Positions 45,428-53,979 of a stretch of DNA of 64,000 bases are shown piece by piece (the stretch's first letter is position 1; every line of letters begins with the position of its first letter). Where the stretch lies: the NCBI GenBank assembly GCA_045590055.1, contig JAZNQF010000080.1, positions 8,901 through 72,900 on the forward strand. The letters are read 5' to 3'. The position numbers and the translations under genes were made by a program. The notes under the pieces were generated by a model. That model was not told the DNA's origin. It was given only the letters and a program-made list of their open reading frames with translations, and did not search any database. This DNA is from Acutalibacteraceae bacterium. Lineage in GTDB: Bacteria > Bacillota > Clostridia > Oscillospirales > Acutalibacteraceae.

Positions 45428-46846
45428 TTAGTCGAGGTCAATGACAGCCTCTCTGTCACAAAGGTCGTTGTTGTAAAGCAACGGCTCAACAAGGGTACGG
45501 ACGTTTTTTGCGCCCTTGAGGAATTTGCCGATGTCGATGTGTACCACTTTGAGAATTGAATCGATTTTTTCAAGTACGTGCATTGTTGCAGCATATTGCG
45601 GTGTGTCAGGCGTATAGGGTGCGTCGCCGCCGAAAAGGTGAGCCACAAGCGAAACAATGAAATCCACAACGCGCTCGTTTTTTTCAGTCTCGCTCATACG
45701 CGCACAGATGTTGCCGCCGCGCTTTTTGTCAGCCTTTGCCGCAACTTTGCCTACAGTGAGGTTGTTGAAATACTTTGCAACGGGCTTGATAACAATACCG
45801 AGCTTTTTGCCCGTGCTTTCTTTGATGCTCATTGCACCTACCATGGATGCGAATTTATCTGCGTCGTTTGCGGCGGCATCAAGTATACCTCGTATCATGC
45901 CGAAAAACTGATTCTCCATGGCTTCGTAAAGCGGCAGACCGTTGATGGTGAGTGTAGATTCTTTTGCAAAATCCACGGTGGAAACTTCAATTCGGTTGCT
46001 GTTTTTGTCGCAAACAAGTTTTCTGTATGTGCCGGGGAAGCCAATAGTGCTTGCGGTGGTGATGTCATAAAACGTCTTGCCGTTGTCAAGCTTTACGCTT
46101 GCAATATCCTGCATGTGCGTGTGACCTGTGAAAATGAAAGATATACCTGCATCACTGAGCTGTTCACGTCTTTGCTTGTAGCCACCCATCATGTCACCTT
46201 CGCTTATTGTGGTATAAAACGGAGAGGGGGTAACAACGGGATGGTGTGTCATTGTGATGATGAACTGGTTGTTTTTGCGTGCATCCTCTGCTTGCTTGAG
46301 TATCCAATCGAAGCACTCGTCCGAAAAGCCGCTTGCGCCGTTGAGGTTGGAGTCGTCGTTGAGCGCAAAAAGACGGTAGCCGTCGGCAAGCTGAACGATA
46401 TATGACATGCTCTTTTTATGTACTGCAATGGCTTCGTCCGGGCCGAATTCGCGGTAAAGCTCAAACAATTCTTCTCTTTTGTAAGCGGGTACTGTGATGT
46501 TGTCGTCTCCTTTATATCCGCGTGCAAGGCAGTCTTGCTTATAGTCGTGTGTGGCGGTGAGTACGTAAACTTTTTTGCCTGCCTCTTTGAGCTTGCGAAG
46601 AAGGTTGATTACACCGTGATGTGCGGCTTTTTCGCCTTCGCTTGTCACATCACCTGAGACAAGAATTATGTCGCTTTGTGTGTCGGCGGCGAGACGGGCG
46701 AAACAATCCTCGAGAATAACTCCGCTTTCGGCAAGAAACTTCTGGCTTTTGGAAAGTGCACGCTCGTATGCCTTGCCGCTTGTGCCGGTGCTTTTGTCGT
46801 AGTAATGAATGTCTGATATAACGTTGATTGTAAGTTTTTCTGACAT
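45428..46846 (-). CDS. metallophosphoesterase (calcineurin-like)
   Basis: VISDIHYY, SGDVTSEG, THD and GHTH motifs. The start is uncertain (ATG 46846 or TTG 46894), and neither has a good RBS. Confidence 0.65.
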   Translation of the reverse strand: MSEKLTINVISDIHYYDKSTGTSGKAYERALSKSQKFLAESGVILEDCFARLAADTQSDIILVSGDVTSEGEKAAHHGVINLLRKLKEAGKKVYVLTATHDYKQDCLARGYKGDDNITVPAYKREELFELYREFGPDEAIAVHKKSMSYIVQLADGYRLFALNDDSNLNGASGFSDECFDWILKQAEDARKNNQFIITMTHHPVVTPSPFYTTISEGDMMGGYKQRREQLSDAGISFIFTGHTHMQDIASVKLDNGKTFYDITTASTIGFPGTYRKLVCDKNSNRIEVSTVDFAKESTLTINGLPLYEAMENQFFGMIRGILDAAANDADKFASMVGAMSIKESTGKKLGIVIKPVAKYFNNLTVGKVAAKADKKRGGNICARMSETEKNERVVDFIVSLVAHLFGGDAPYTPDTPQYAATMHVLEKIDSILKVVHIDIGKFLKGAKNVRTLVEPLLYNNDLCDREAVIDLD

Positions 46847-47060
46847 GGAGGTTACCGACCTTTTCTTTTTGTGATGATGACAAGCTGTTGTCAATTTTTT
46901 CTATTATAACTTCTATATGCCGTAAAGTCAATTTGATTTGTTTTATCACCTTAGGATTATATAAAAATGAACAAAATGTTAATGAAAAAAGCGAAATTTG
47001 CAGTTTCTGTGCAAAAGGTGCACAAACTGTTTGAAATGTAATTAAAATTGTTAAAACTGC

Positions 47061-47089
47061 TTGCAAAAAAAATGGTAACATGCTATAAT
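47061..47089 (+). promoter_or_regulatory. promoter of the secreted-protein gene
   Basis: TTGCAA (47061-47066), 17 nt spacer, TATAAT (47084-47089), with TG at the extended -10 position. Confidence 0.55.
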
Positions 47090-47134
47090 CCAAAACGAAG
47101 GATTAGAAAATCCAAAAACAAGGAGGAACAAACA

Positions 47135-47689
47135 ATGAAAAAACTCTTAGCAACACTTCTTGCCGTCATGATGATTTTCGGCGCATTCGGCGTAGTAGCC
47201 TCTGCAGAAACTTATGTAGACAACGGCTATAACTACACAGTACCCGAAGACAAAGTTCTCGTCGTTATGAATTTTGTTGACTGCTCATCAAAGGCTGCAA
47301 TCACAAACCGTTTCAATATGGACACACTTACATATGAAACATCAACTGTTGAAGGCGGCGGCTACGCTTACTTCCTCGTAACAGAAGGTCAGTCTTACAC
47401 TCTTCCCTCAGTTAAGGCTCCCGACGGCTATGACTTCACAGGTTGGTATTGCAACACCACTTATGAGAGCAAGGGCGCAAACAGCCCCATCTACACAACT
47501 GAAGAAGACGGCGGCAGAATCATCCAGTACATGGTACAGACCGAACCCTCAGAGCCCGAAACAGACACACTTGACACCATCATGGGCGTTCTCGTTAAGG
47601 TTTTCGGCGCAATCCTTGGTCTTTTCCTTGGTGACATGACTCAGGGTCAGGAAATCGTTTCCAACCTTCTCGGCTCACTCTTCGCATAA
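47135..47689 (+). CDS. secreted protein with one Listeria-Bacteroides-type repeat and a hydrophobic/amphipathic C-terminal tail
   Basis: ATG at 47135 after AAGGAGG. Signal peptide ending ASA-ET. PDGYDFTGWY repeat motif. C-terminal IMGVLVKVFGAILGLFLGD...NLLGSLFA. Confidence 0.55.
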   Translation: MKKLLATLLAVMMIFGAFGVVASAETYVDNGYNYTVPEDKVLVVMNFVDCSSKAAITNRFNMDTLTYETSTVEGGGYAYFLVTEGQSYTLPSVKAPDGYDFTGWYCNTTYESKGANSPIYTTEEDGGRIIQYMVQTEPSEPETDTLDTIMGVLVKVFGAILGLFLGDMTQGQEIVSNLLGSLFA

Positions 47690-47704
47690 TCTGAACATAA
47701 TTTT

Positions 47705-47732
47705 ACGGCTCCCTCACGGGAGCCGTTTTTTG
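47705..47732 (+). terminator. intrinsic terminator
   Basis: ACGGCTCCC-TCAC-GGGAGCCGT followed by TTTTTT. Confidence 0.75.
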
Positions 47733-47740
47733 TGGCTGTT

Positions 47741-47777
47741 ATTAAGTTAAACAACCCGTGTCGGCTGACACGGGTTG
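47741..47777 (-). terminator. terminator of dusB
   Basis: 11-bp stem CAACCCGTGTC / GACACGGGTTG followed on the minus strand by TTTAACTT. Confidence 0.55.
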
Positions 47778-47783
47778 CTCTTG

Positions 47784-48752
47784 TTACATGTTTTCTTTCA
47801 CAATCATAAACGCCAATTCCTTGAGCTGGTCAAGGTTTTCAAGTGTGCACACCTGCTTTCTGTATTTTGCCGCATCGCGTATATCTCTGATATACCAAGC
47901 GGCATGCTTGCGCGCTTCTCTCATGCCGATTCTTTCACCTTTGTATTCGCAGATTTTTTCGATGTGCCTGAGCATAACGCACATTCTTTCGCTGACGGGC
48001 GGCTCAGGCAAGAGCACACCGTGGTTGAGGTATGCTTCAATCTGCTGAAATACCCACGGTCTGCCAAGCGCACCTCTTCCAACCATGACGAGGTCGCAGT
48101 TTGTGTCTTCAATCATTTGTGCGGCAGAAACTCCGTCGGTTACGTCACCGTTCGCAATTACGGGTATGTCAAGTGCTTGCTTAACCCTTGCAATTATCTC
48201 TTTGTCAACGGGAGGGGAGTACATCTGCACCTTTGTTCTTCCGTGTACGGTTACGGCTTTTGCGCCGTTTTTCTGCGCGATGAGTGCAATTTCAACCGCG
48301 TTGATGCTTTCGCTGTCCCATCCTGCGCGAATCTTGACGGTGACGGGTATGTTTACCGCGCATGAAACCGCAGAGACGATTTTGCCCACAAGCTCGGGCT
48401 TTTTCATCAATGCGCTGCCGCCGCCGTTGCCCGCGATTTTCGGTGCAGGACAACCCATGTTAATGTCAATTATATCAGGTTTGAATTGCATGGCATACTC
48501 AGCTGCCTGCGCCATGATTTCGGGTGAATCGCCAAAAAGCTGAATTGCCGCAGGGCGTTGCTTTTCGGATATTTCGAGCAGCTTGTTGCTTTTTTTGTCA
48601 TGCATGGTGATGCCTTTGCATGACACCATTTCAGTTACGGTGTATGCCGCACCGTATCCTGCGCAAAGTTCCCTGAAAGCAAGGTCTGCAACGCCTGCCA
48701 TTGGTGCAAGGGCGGCACCTTTGCCATTTATTTCTACGTCTGAGATAAACAT
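47784..48752 (-). CDS. dusB: tRNA-dihydrouridine synthase
   Basis: LAPMAGVADLAFR, INMGCP and VTVKIR motifs. ATG at 48752, 8 nt after AAGAGG. Confidence 0.8.
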   Translation of the reverse strand: MFISDVEINGKGAALAPMAGVADLAFRELCAGYGAAYTVTEMVSCKGITMHDKKSNKLLEISEKQRPAAIQLFGDSPEIMAQAAEYAMQFKPDIIDINMGCPAPKIAGNGGGSALMKKPELVGKIVSAVSCAVNIPVTVKIRAGWDSESINAVEIALIAQKNGAKAVTVHGRTKVQMYSPPVDKEIIARVKQALDIPVIANGDVTDGVSAAQMIEDTNCDLVMVGRGALGRPWVFQQIEAYLNHGVLLPEPPVSERMCVMLRHIEKICEYKGERIGMREARKHAAWYIRDIRDAAKYRKQVCTLENLDQLKELAFMIVKENM

Positions 48753-48883
48753 AAACAATACCTCTTTTGAGTGCTGAATCAATCTTCTGCAAATTTTATC
48801 ACATTTTTTTGAACATTTCTATACGAAGCGGAAAAAATGTGATACAATAAAAGGTGAAATATTCGTATAATGGAGGATTTCAA

Positions 48884-51478
48884 GTGAGACTTCTTGTTAT
48901 TGACGGCAACAGCATTGTCAACAGAGCCTTTTACGGCATTAAATTGCTCACAACAAAAGACGGTCGTTTTACAAACGGTATATACGGCTTTCTCAATATT
49001 CTCATCAAGCTCAGAGAGGAGTGTGAGCCGGACAGAGTTGCGGTAGCTTTTGACCTTAAAAAACCTACCTTCCGTCACGGTATCTATGACGGTTACAAAG
49101 CCGGCAGAAAAGGCATGCCGCCTGAGCTTGCTCAGCAGATGCCCGTGCTCAAAGAACTGCTTGTGAACCTCGGTTACACTGTTGTTGAGTGTGAGGGCTA
49201 TGAGGCAGATGATATTCTCGGCACACTCTCTGCAAAATGCAAGGGCGAGGACAGATGCTTCCTTGCAACCGGTGACAGAGACAGTCTGCAGCTTGTAAGC
49301 GCAAACACAACCGTACTGTTGGCATCCACAAAAATGGGCAAAGCCATCACAACGGAGTATACGCCTGAAAAGGTGCGAGAGGATTACGGTGTGGAGCCGA
49401 TTCGTCTCATCGATATCAAAGCGCTAATGGGCGATACGTCCGATAATATACCGGGTGTTGCAGGCGTAGGCGAGAAAACCGCAAAAGACCTCATTTCCCG
49501 TTTTGGTACGATTGACGATATATATGACAACCTCAGTACACTTGACATAAAAGAAAAGCTGAGAGAAAAACTCACTCTCGGCAAGGAGAGCGCTTACCTG
49601 AGCAGAACACTCGGTACAATCTGCCTTGAAGCTCCCATTGATACCGACTTTGACAGCTATACCGTAAGGCAACCCGATGCATTCAATTGCATCAACACGC
49701 TTGTTTCTCTTGAAATGTTCGGCATTATTGAAAAGCTTGGTCTTACCACAGAAATGACATCCTCTGCTAACGCGCAAGGCACGGAAACAGTGCGTGTTTG
49801 CGCACGAGAGGAACGCGACCTTTGTGCTCTTCTCGGAAGAATAAGAAAAAGCGGCAAAGCTTATTTTTACCCGTTGTTCAGAGGTTCTTTGCTGACGTCT
49901 TTGTTCTTCTGCGAGGATGACGGGGTTTGCTTCGTTAACAGCGATTGTCTTGATTACAACAGTTTCCTGCGGGATTTCTTTGCTGATTCAACGCCTAAAT
50001 ATACCTGCGAGACGAAACAGCTGCACCGCGCGGCGCTTTCAATGGGTGAAAACTTTTCAAATGTTGCAACGGACGTGGGTCTTGCAGGTTATATACTCAA
50101 CCCGTCTGCAAGCGGATATGACGTGCTTCGCCTTTGCGCAGAGTACGGTGTTTGTGTGCCGGAGGTTGAATGTGATGAGAGCATTGCAACAGCAGCTCAG
50201 AGTGCTGCGGCTATGCCTGCTTTATGCATGAAACTCGATGAACTGATTGACAAGAATAAACAGCGTGAGTTGCTTGCAGATGTTGAGCTTCCGTTGGCGC
50301 GTGTGCTTGCGGATATGGAGCACAACGGCTTTCTTGTTGATAAAAAGGGTATTGAAGAATTTGGCGTGATGCTTGAAAAGCGCATTGACGAAGTCAGCGG
50401 CAGAATATATTTTCAGGCCGGTACACAGTTCAACCTCAACTCGCCCAAGCAATTGGGTCAGGTGCTGTTTGAGGAGCTGAAAATTCCCGGCGGCAAAAAG
50501 ACGAAAACGGGTTGGTCAACCAATGCTGACGTGCTTGAAAACCTTGCGTATGATTACCCGATTGTTGCTGATGTGCTTGAATACCGCATGCTTGCTAAGC
50601 TCAAATCAACCTACTGCGACGGCTTGCTTAAGGTAATAGGCGATGACGGCAGAATCCACTCAACACTCAACCAAACCGAGACAAGAACGGGCAGGATATC
50701 ATCAACCGAGCCTAATTTGCAGAACATTCCCGTTAGAACGGAACTTGGCAGAGAAATGCGGCGCTTTTTCGTTGCGCGTGAGGGTCACGTGCTTGTTGAT
50801 GCTGACTATTCACAGATTGAGCTGAGAGTGCTTGCACACATTGCGCAGGACAAAGTGATGCTTGATGCTTTCAATGAGGGCGCGGACATACACACAATCA
50901 CCGCGTCTCAGGTTTTCGGCATGCCGGTTACAATGGTTTCCCCGTTGATGCGAAGCAGGGCAAAAGCGGTCAACTTCGGCATTGTTTACGGTATTGGCGC
51001 ATTTTCGCTTGCCAAAGACATTGGTGTTACACGCAAAGAGGCGGACAATTACATCAAGGGTTACCTTGCACATTATGCAGGTGTTAACGAATATATGGAG
51101 CGCGTAGTTGCTGACGCGCGTGAGAACGGCTACGTTGAAACCCTGCTTCACCGCAGACGTTATCTGCCTGAGCTTACCGCATCCAACAAGATGCTTCAAG
51201 GCTTCGGCGAAAGGGTGGCGCGCAACATGCCTATTCAGGGTACCGCGGCGGATATTATCAAAATTGCGATGGTCAGGGTTTATGAGCGCCTCAAGGAGCG
51301 CGGCTTGAGTGCAAGAATTATCATGCAGGTGCACGACGAACTGATTGTTGAAGCACCCGAAAGTGAAGAAAAAGAAGTTCTTTCACTTCTCACCGATGAG
51401 ATGGAAAATGCATTCAAAATGGATGTTCGGCTTCTTGCAGAGGCACATAGCGGCCTTACGTGGTTTGATGCGAAGTAG
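48884..51478 (+). CDS. polA: DNA polymerase I
   Basis: 5' nuclease N-terminus (LLVIDGNS, GVAGVGEKTA) and Pol A motifs (DYSQIELRVLAH, RSRAKAVNFGIVYG, QVHDELIVE). GTG at 48884, 7 nt after GGAGG. Confidence 0.9.
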   Translation: MRLLVIDGNSIVNRAFYGIKLLTTKDGRFTNGIYGFLNILIKLREECEPDRVAVAFDLKKPTFRHGIYDGYKAGRKGMPPELAQQMPVLKELLVNLGYTVVECEGYEADDILGTLSAKCKGEDRCFLATGDRDSLQLVSANTTVLLASTKMGKAITTEYTPEKVREDYGVEPIRLIDIKALMGDTSDNIPGVAGVGEKTAKDLISRFGTIDDIYDNLSTLDIKEKLREKLTLGKESAYLSRTLGTICLEAPIDTDFDSYTVRQPDAFNCINTLVSLEMFGIIEKLGLTTEMTSSANAQGTETVRVCAREERDLCALLGRIRKSGKAYFYPLFRGSLLTSLFFCEDDGVCFVNSDCLDYNSFLRDFFADSTPKYTCETKQLHRAALSMGENFSNVATDVGLAGYILNPSASGYDVLRLCAEYGVCVPEVECDESIATAAQSAAAMPALCMKLDELIDKNKQRELLADVELPLARVLADMEHNGFLVDKKGIEEFGVMLEKRIDEVSGRIYFQAGTQFNLNSPKQLGQVLFEELKIPGGKKTKTGWSTNADVLENLAYDYPIVADVLEYRMLAKLKSTYCDGLLKVIGDDGRIHSTLNQTETRTGRISSTEPNLQNIPVRTELGREMRRFFVAREGHVLVDADYSQIELRVLAHIAQDKVMLDAFNEGADIHTITASQVFGMPVTMVSPLMRSRAKAVNFGIVYGIGAFSLAKDIGVTRKEADNYIKGYLAHYAGVNEYMERVVADARENGYVETLLHRRRYLPELTASNKMLQGFGERVARNMPIQGTAADIIKIAMVRVYERLKERGLSARIIMQVHDELIVEAPESEEKEVLSLLTDEMENAFKMDVRLLAEAHSGLTWFDAK

Positions 51479-51534
51479 AATGCCTGATTTTTCAGCATTT
51501 TTGAGCGCGTTTATTCGTAAAAAAATCAATATAA

Positions 51535-51577
51535 ACGGAGAGTCTTGATTGCAGGACTCTCCGTTTTCTTTTTTTGT
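51535..51577 (+). terminator. intrinsic terminator after polA
   Basis: 10-bp stem ACGGAGAGTC / GACTCTCCGT followed by TTTTCTTTTTTT. Confidence 0.8.
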
Positions 51578-51756
51578 GGTTTAACGGTGGTGTTTCTGCG
51601 CTGTAACTGCACTTTCGTATGGGTGAAATTGCTGCCGAAACAGTGCTTTTTGCCGTCGTTGACAATAAGGCGGCGTTGTTTTGGCGACCGCCTGAAATCT
51701 GTGAAAAATACTGCAAAAATAAGCGAAAAAATCACCTCTTTTTTTGGTTATTACTA

Positions 51757-51785
51757 TTGACTTTTAATTCTTATATCGTTATAAT
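51757..51785 (+). promoter_or_regulatory. dcw-cluster promoter (Pmra)
   Basis: TTGACT (51757-51762), 17 nt spacer, TATAAT (51780-51785). It lies about 125 nt upstream of mraZ. Confidence 0.6.
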
Positions 51786-51799
51786 GGGTGCACAGGGGA

Positions 51800-51855
51800 A
51801 AGTCAAGTGCACTGTAAGTGTAGTGAAAGTGTAAATAAAAGTAAACTGCAAGTAC
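51800..51855 (+). promoter_or_regulatory. phased AAGTG/AAGTA direct repeats, candidate MraZ operator
   Basis: AAGTG at 51805, 51816 and 51827; AAGTA at 51839 and 51850. Spacing is 11-12 bp. The series begins about 20 nt after the -10 element. Confidence 0.45.
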
Positions 51856-51908
51856 ACTCAAATGCAAAAATCCCCGAATAAAGCTCAAAAATCAAAGGGA
51901 GGTGCGGC

Positions 51909-52388
51909 ATGAGCTTTTCAGGTACATATCTGCATACTGTGGACAACAAAAACCGAGTCTTTATGCCGGTCTCTTTCAGGGATGAGCTTGGCAGGAACAT
52001 CAAAATCCGTCTTGTTATGGAGCCGATGCCGCATCTGCAGTGCTTCAACGAGTTTATGCTTGATGCTCAATTCAAGCATTATATGGAAAACTACGGCAAT
52101 CAGCTCGGCTACGACATGGCAACGCTTGCTTTCGGTTCATATACCTACAACGGCCAAATTGACAATCAGGGCAGAATCACAATCCCTGCAGAGCTTAAAG
52201 AGCAGGCAGGCATTGAAGAAAATGTCTGCATCCTCGGCTCAATCGATGTTGTCAGAATTATGAGCCCTGAATGTAAGGACGAGCTTCTCGCTCAGATGAA
52301 TGACCAGCAGCGCCGCGTTGTGTATGCCATTAACAAAGCAAACACAATGAAGCTTATGGGCATAGCCGACGGCACCGTTCAACTGTAA
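51909..52388 (+). CDS. mraZ: transcriptional regulator MraZ
   Basis: FSGTYLHTVDNKNRVFMP and a second DNQGRITIP half-domain. RBS AGGGAGG. Confidence 0.9.
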   Translation: MSFSGTYLHTVDNKNRVFMPVSFRDELGRNIKIRLVMEPMPHLQCFNEFMLDAQFKHYMENYGNQLGYDMATLAFGSYTYNGQIDNQGRITIPAELKEQAGIEENVCILGSIDVVRIMSPECKDELLAQMNDQQRRVVYAINKANTMKLMGIADGTVQL

Positions 52389-52392
52389 GGCG

Positions 52393-53334
52393 GTGGCTGA
52401 AATGGAATTCTCGCACATTAGTGTTCTGCTCAACGAGAGCATAGATTCACTTGATATCAAGCCTGACGGTATCTACCTTGATGCAACGGCAGGCGGTGGC
52501 GGACACAGCGCTGTGATTCTTTCAAAGCTTTCGTCCAAAGGCCGTCTCATTTGTGTAGACAGAGACCCAGATGCCATAAAGGTGCTCAAGGCACGCTTCG
52601 GCGATGACGAAAGAGTGATTATTGTCAACCGCAACTATTCCGAAATCTGCGATATTCTGCAGAGTCTCGGTATCAGCAAAGTAGATGGCATTCTCGCCGA
52701 CCTCGGTGTAAGCTCCTTTCAGCTTGACACGGCAGAAAGAGGCTTCTCCTTCCACAACGATGCTCCGCTTGACATGCGCATGAGCAAAGAGGGTATGACG
52801 GCGGCAGATGCAGTTAACACACTCAGCGAAGCAGAACTCAGCAACATCATCTTCAAATACGGTGAAGAAAAATTTGCTCGCCGTATCGCCAAAGAAATCG
52901 TAACCGCAAGGCAACACAAGCCTATTGAAACCACCTTCGAGCTTGTTGACATCGTCAAAGCCGCTATCCCTGCGGCCGCAAGAAGGACAGGCGGTCATCC
53001 GTGCCGCCGCACGTTTCAAGCCCTCAGAATATTCATAAATGAGGAAATATCACGCCTTGCATCATCGGTAACAGACATGTTCGACTGTCTCAACGTAGAA
53101 GGCCGTCTTTCTATCATAACCTTCCACTCACTTGAAGACAGAACAGTAAAACAAACATTCGCATCCCTTTGCGAAGGATGCACTTGTCCGCCCGATTTTC
53201 CCGTTTGCGTGTGCGGAAATAAACAGAAAGCAAAACTTGTTTTCAAATCGGTTGCTCCGAGTGACGCGGAGATTGAAGAGAATCCGCGTTCAAGAAGTGC
53301 AAGGCTCAGATGCCTTTGCAGGACAGCTGAATAA
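52393..53334 (+). CDS. rsmH: 16S rRNA (cytosine1402-N4)-methyltransferase
   Basis: HISVLLNE, DATAGGGGHS, DLGVSSFQLD and FHSLEDR motifs. Confidence 0.9.
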   Translation: MAEMEFSHISVLLNESIDSLDIKPDGIYLDATAGGGGHSAVILSKLSSKGRLICVDRDPDAIKVLKARFGDDERVIIVNRNYSEICDILQSLGISKVDGILADLGVSSFQLDTAERGFSFHNDAPLDMRMSKEGMTAADAVNTLSEAELSNIIFKYGEEKFARRIAKEIVTARQHKPIETTFELVDIVKAAIPAAARRTGGHPCRRTFQALRIFINEEISRLASSVTDMFDCLNVEGRLSIITFHSLEDRTVKQTFASLCEGCTCPPDFPVCVCGNKQKAKLVFKSVAPSDAEIEENPRSRSARLRCLCRTAE

Positions 53335-53367
53335 AACGGCATTTTATTAAAAGAGAGGTAAGGGAAG

Positions 53368-53838
53368 ATGGCTCAACCGGCAGAAAGACTTGAATTTCAG
53401 GATTATTTCGGTGCGAACTATCAGACTGCATACGAAGCGAAACCCAGAACTGTGGTAGAAAAAGAGCCTTCTATGACGGTTGTCAAGCCCCGTAAGCTCA
53501 CTTTCGCTGAGCGCAAGCAGGAAGAAAAGCTTGGCAACAGACGCTGGTTCAAAGCTACTGCGATTCTTTGTGTCCTGTTCATTCTCGGTTCACTCAACAT
53601 TGCAGCAATGACATATAACGACAATTACTACCGAGAGATTCAGGAGCTTAAATATTCACTTGAACTCAAACAGAGCGAATACGACCAGATTAACGCGAAA
53701 CTTAACTCACTTGTTTCATACGACAGAGTTGAACAGGTTGCAGTTGAGCAGCTCGGTCTTATTAAAATCGACAGTGCAGACTGGGAATACATAAACCTTA
53801 TGGACGGCAACAGCATTGTGGTATCTCAGGCTGATTGA
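53368..53838 (+). CDS. ftsL: cell division protein FtsL-like (septum formation initiator family)
   Basis: 156 aa with a single TM helix followed by a coiled-coil. It sits between rsmH and the PBP gene. Confidence 0.6.
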   Translation: MAQPAERLEFQDYFGANYQTAYEAKPRTVVEKEPSMTVVKPRKLTFAERKQEEKLGNRRWFKATAILCVLFILGSLNIAAMTYNDNYYREIQELKYSLELKQSEYDQINAKLNSLVSYDRVEQVAVEQLGLIKIDSADWEYINLMDGNSIVVSQAD

Positions 53839-53979
53839 GGTATATAAGCAACAAGCTGAAAATACAATTAACTGACATGCTATGGCGGGAGACGGAAACG
53901 GATATCCCGCCTGCCTTTCATAAAAAGCAGATGCGGTTTTTCTGCATGTATACCCAAGGAAACCTAAGGAGGTACGGAT

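Noticed and set aside
45578-46405. 275-aa plus-strand ORF antisense to the metallophosphoesterase gene
   Set aside because: It is a shadow ORF. It has Cys/Val/Phe-rich composition and no RBS, and it lies entirely inside a gene with clear metallophosphoesterase motifs on the other strand.
48884-51478. PolA lacking recognisable 3'-5' exonuclease acidic motifs, as a possible novelty
   Set aside because: Degenerate proofreading domains are common in Firmicute and thermophile Pol I enzymes, so this is not unusual.
51579-51756. Small ORFs (51492-51716, 51526-51735, 51545-51760, 51619-51834) between polA and mraZ
   Set aside because: They are mutually overlapping and lack RBSs. They cross the polA terminator or the dcw promoter, and their sequences are low complexity.
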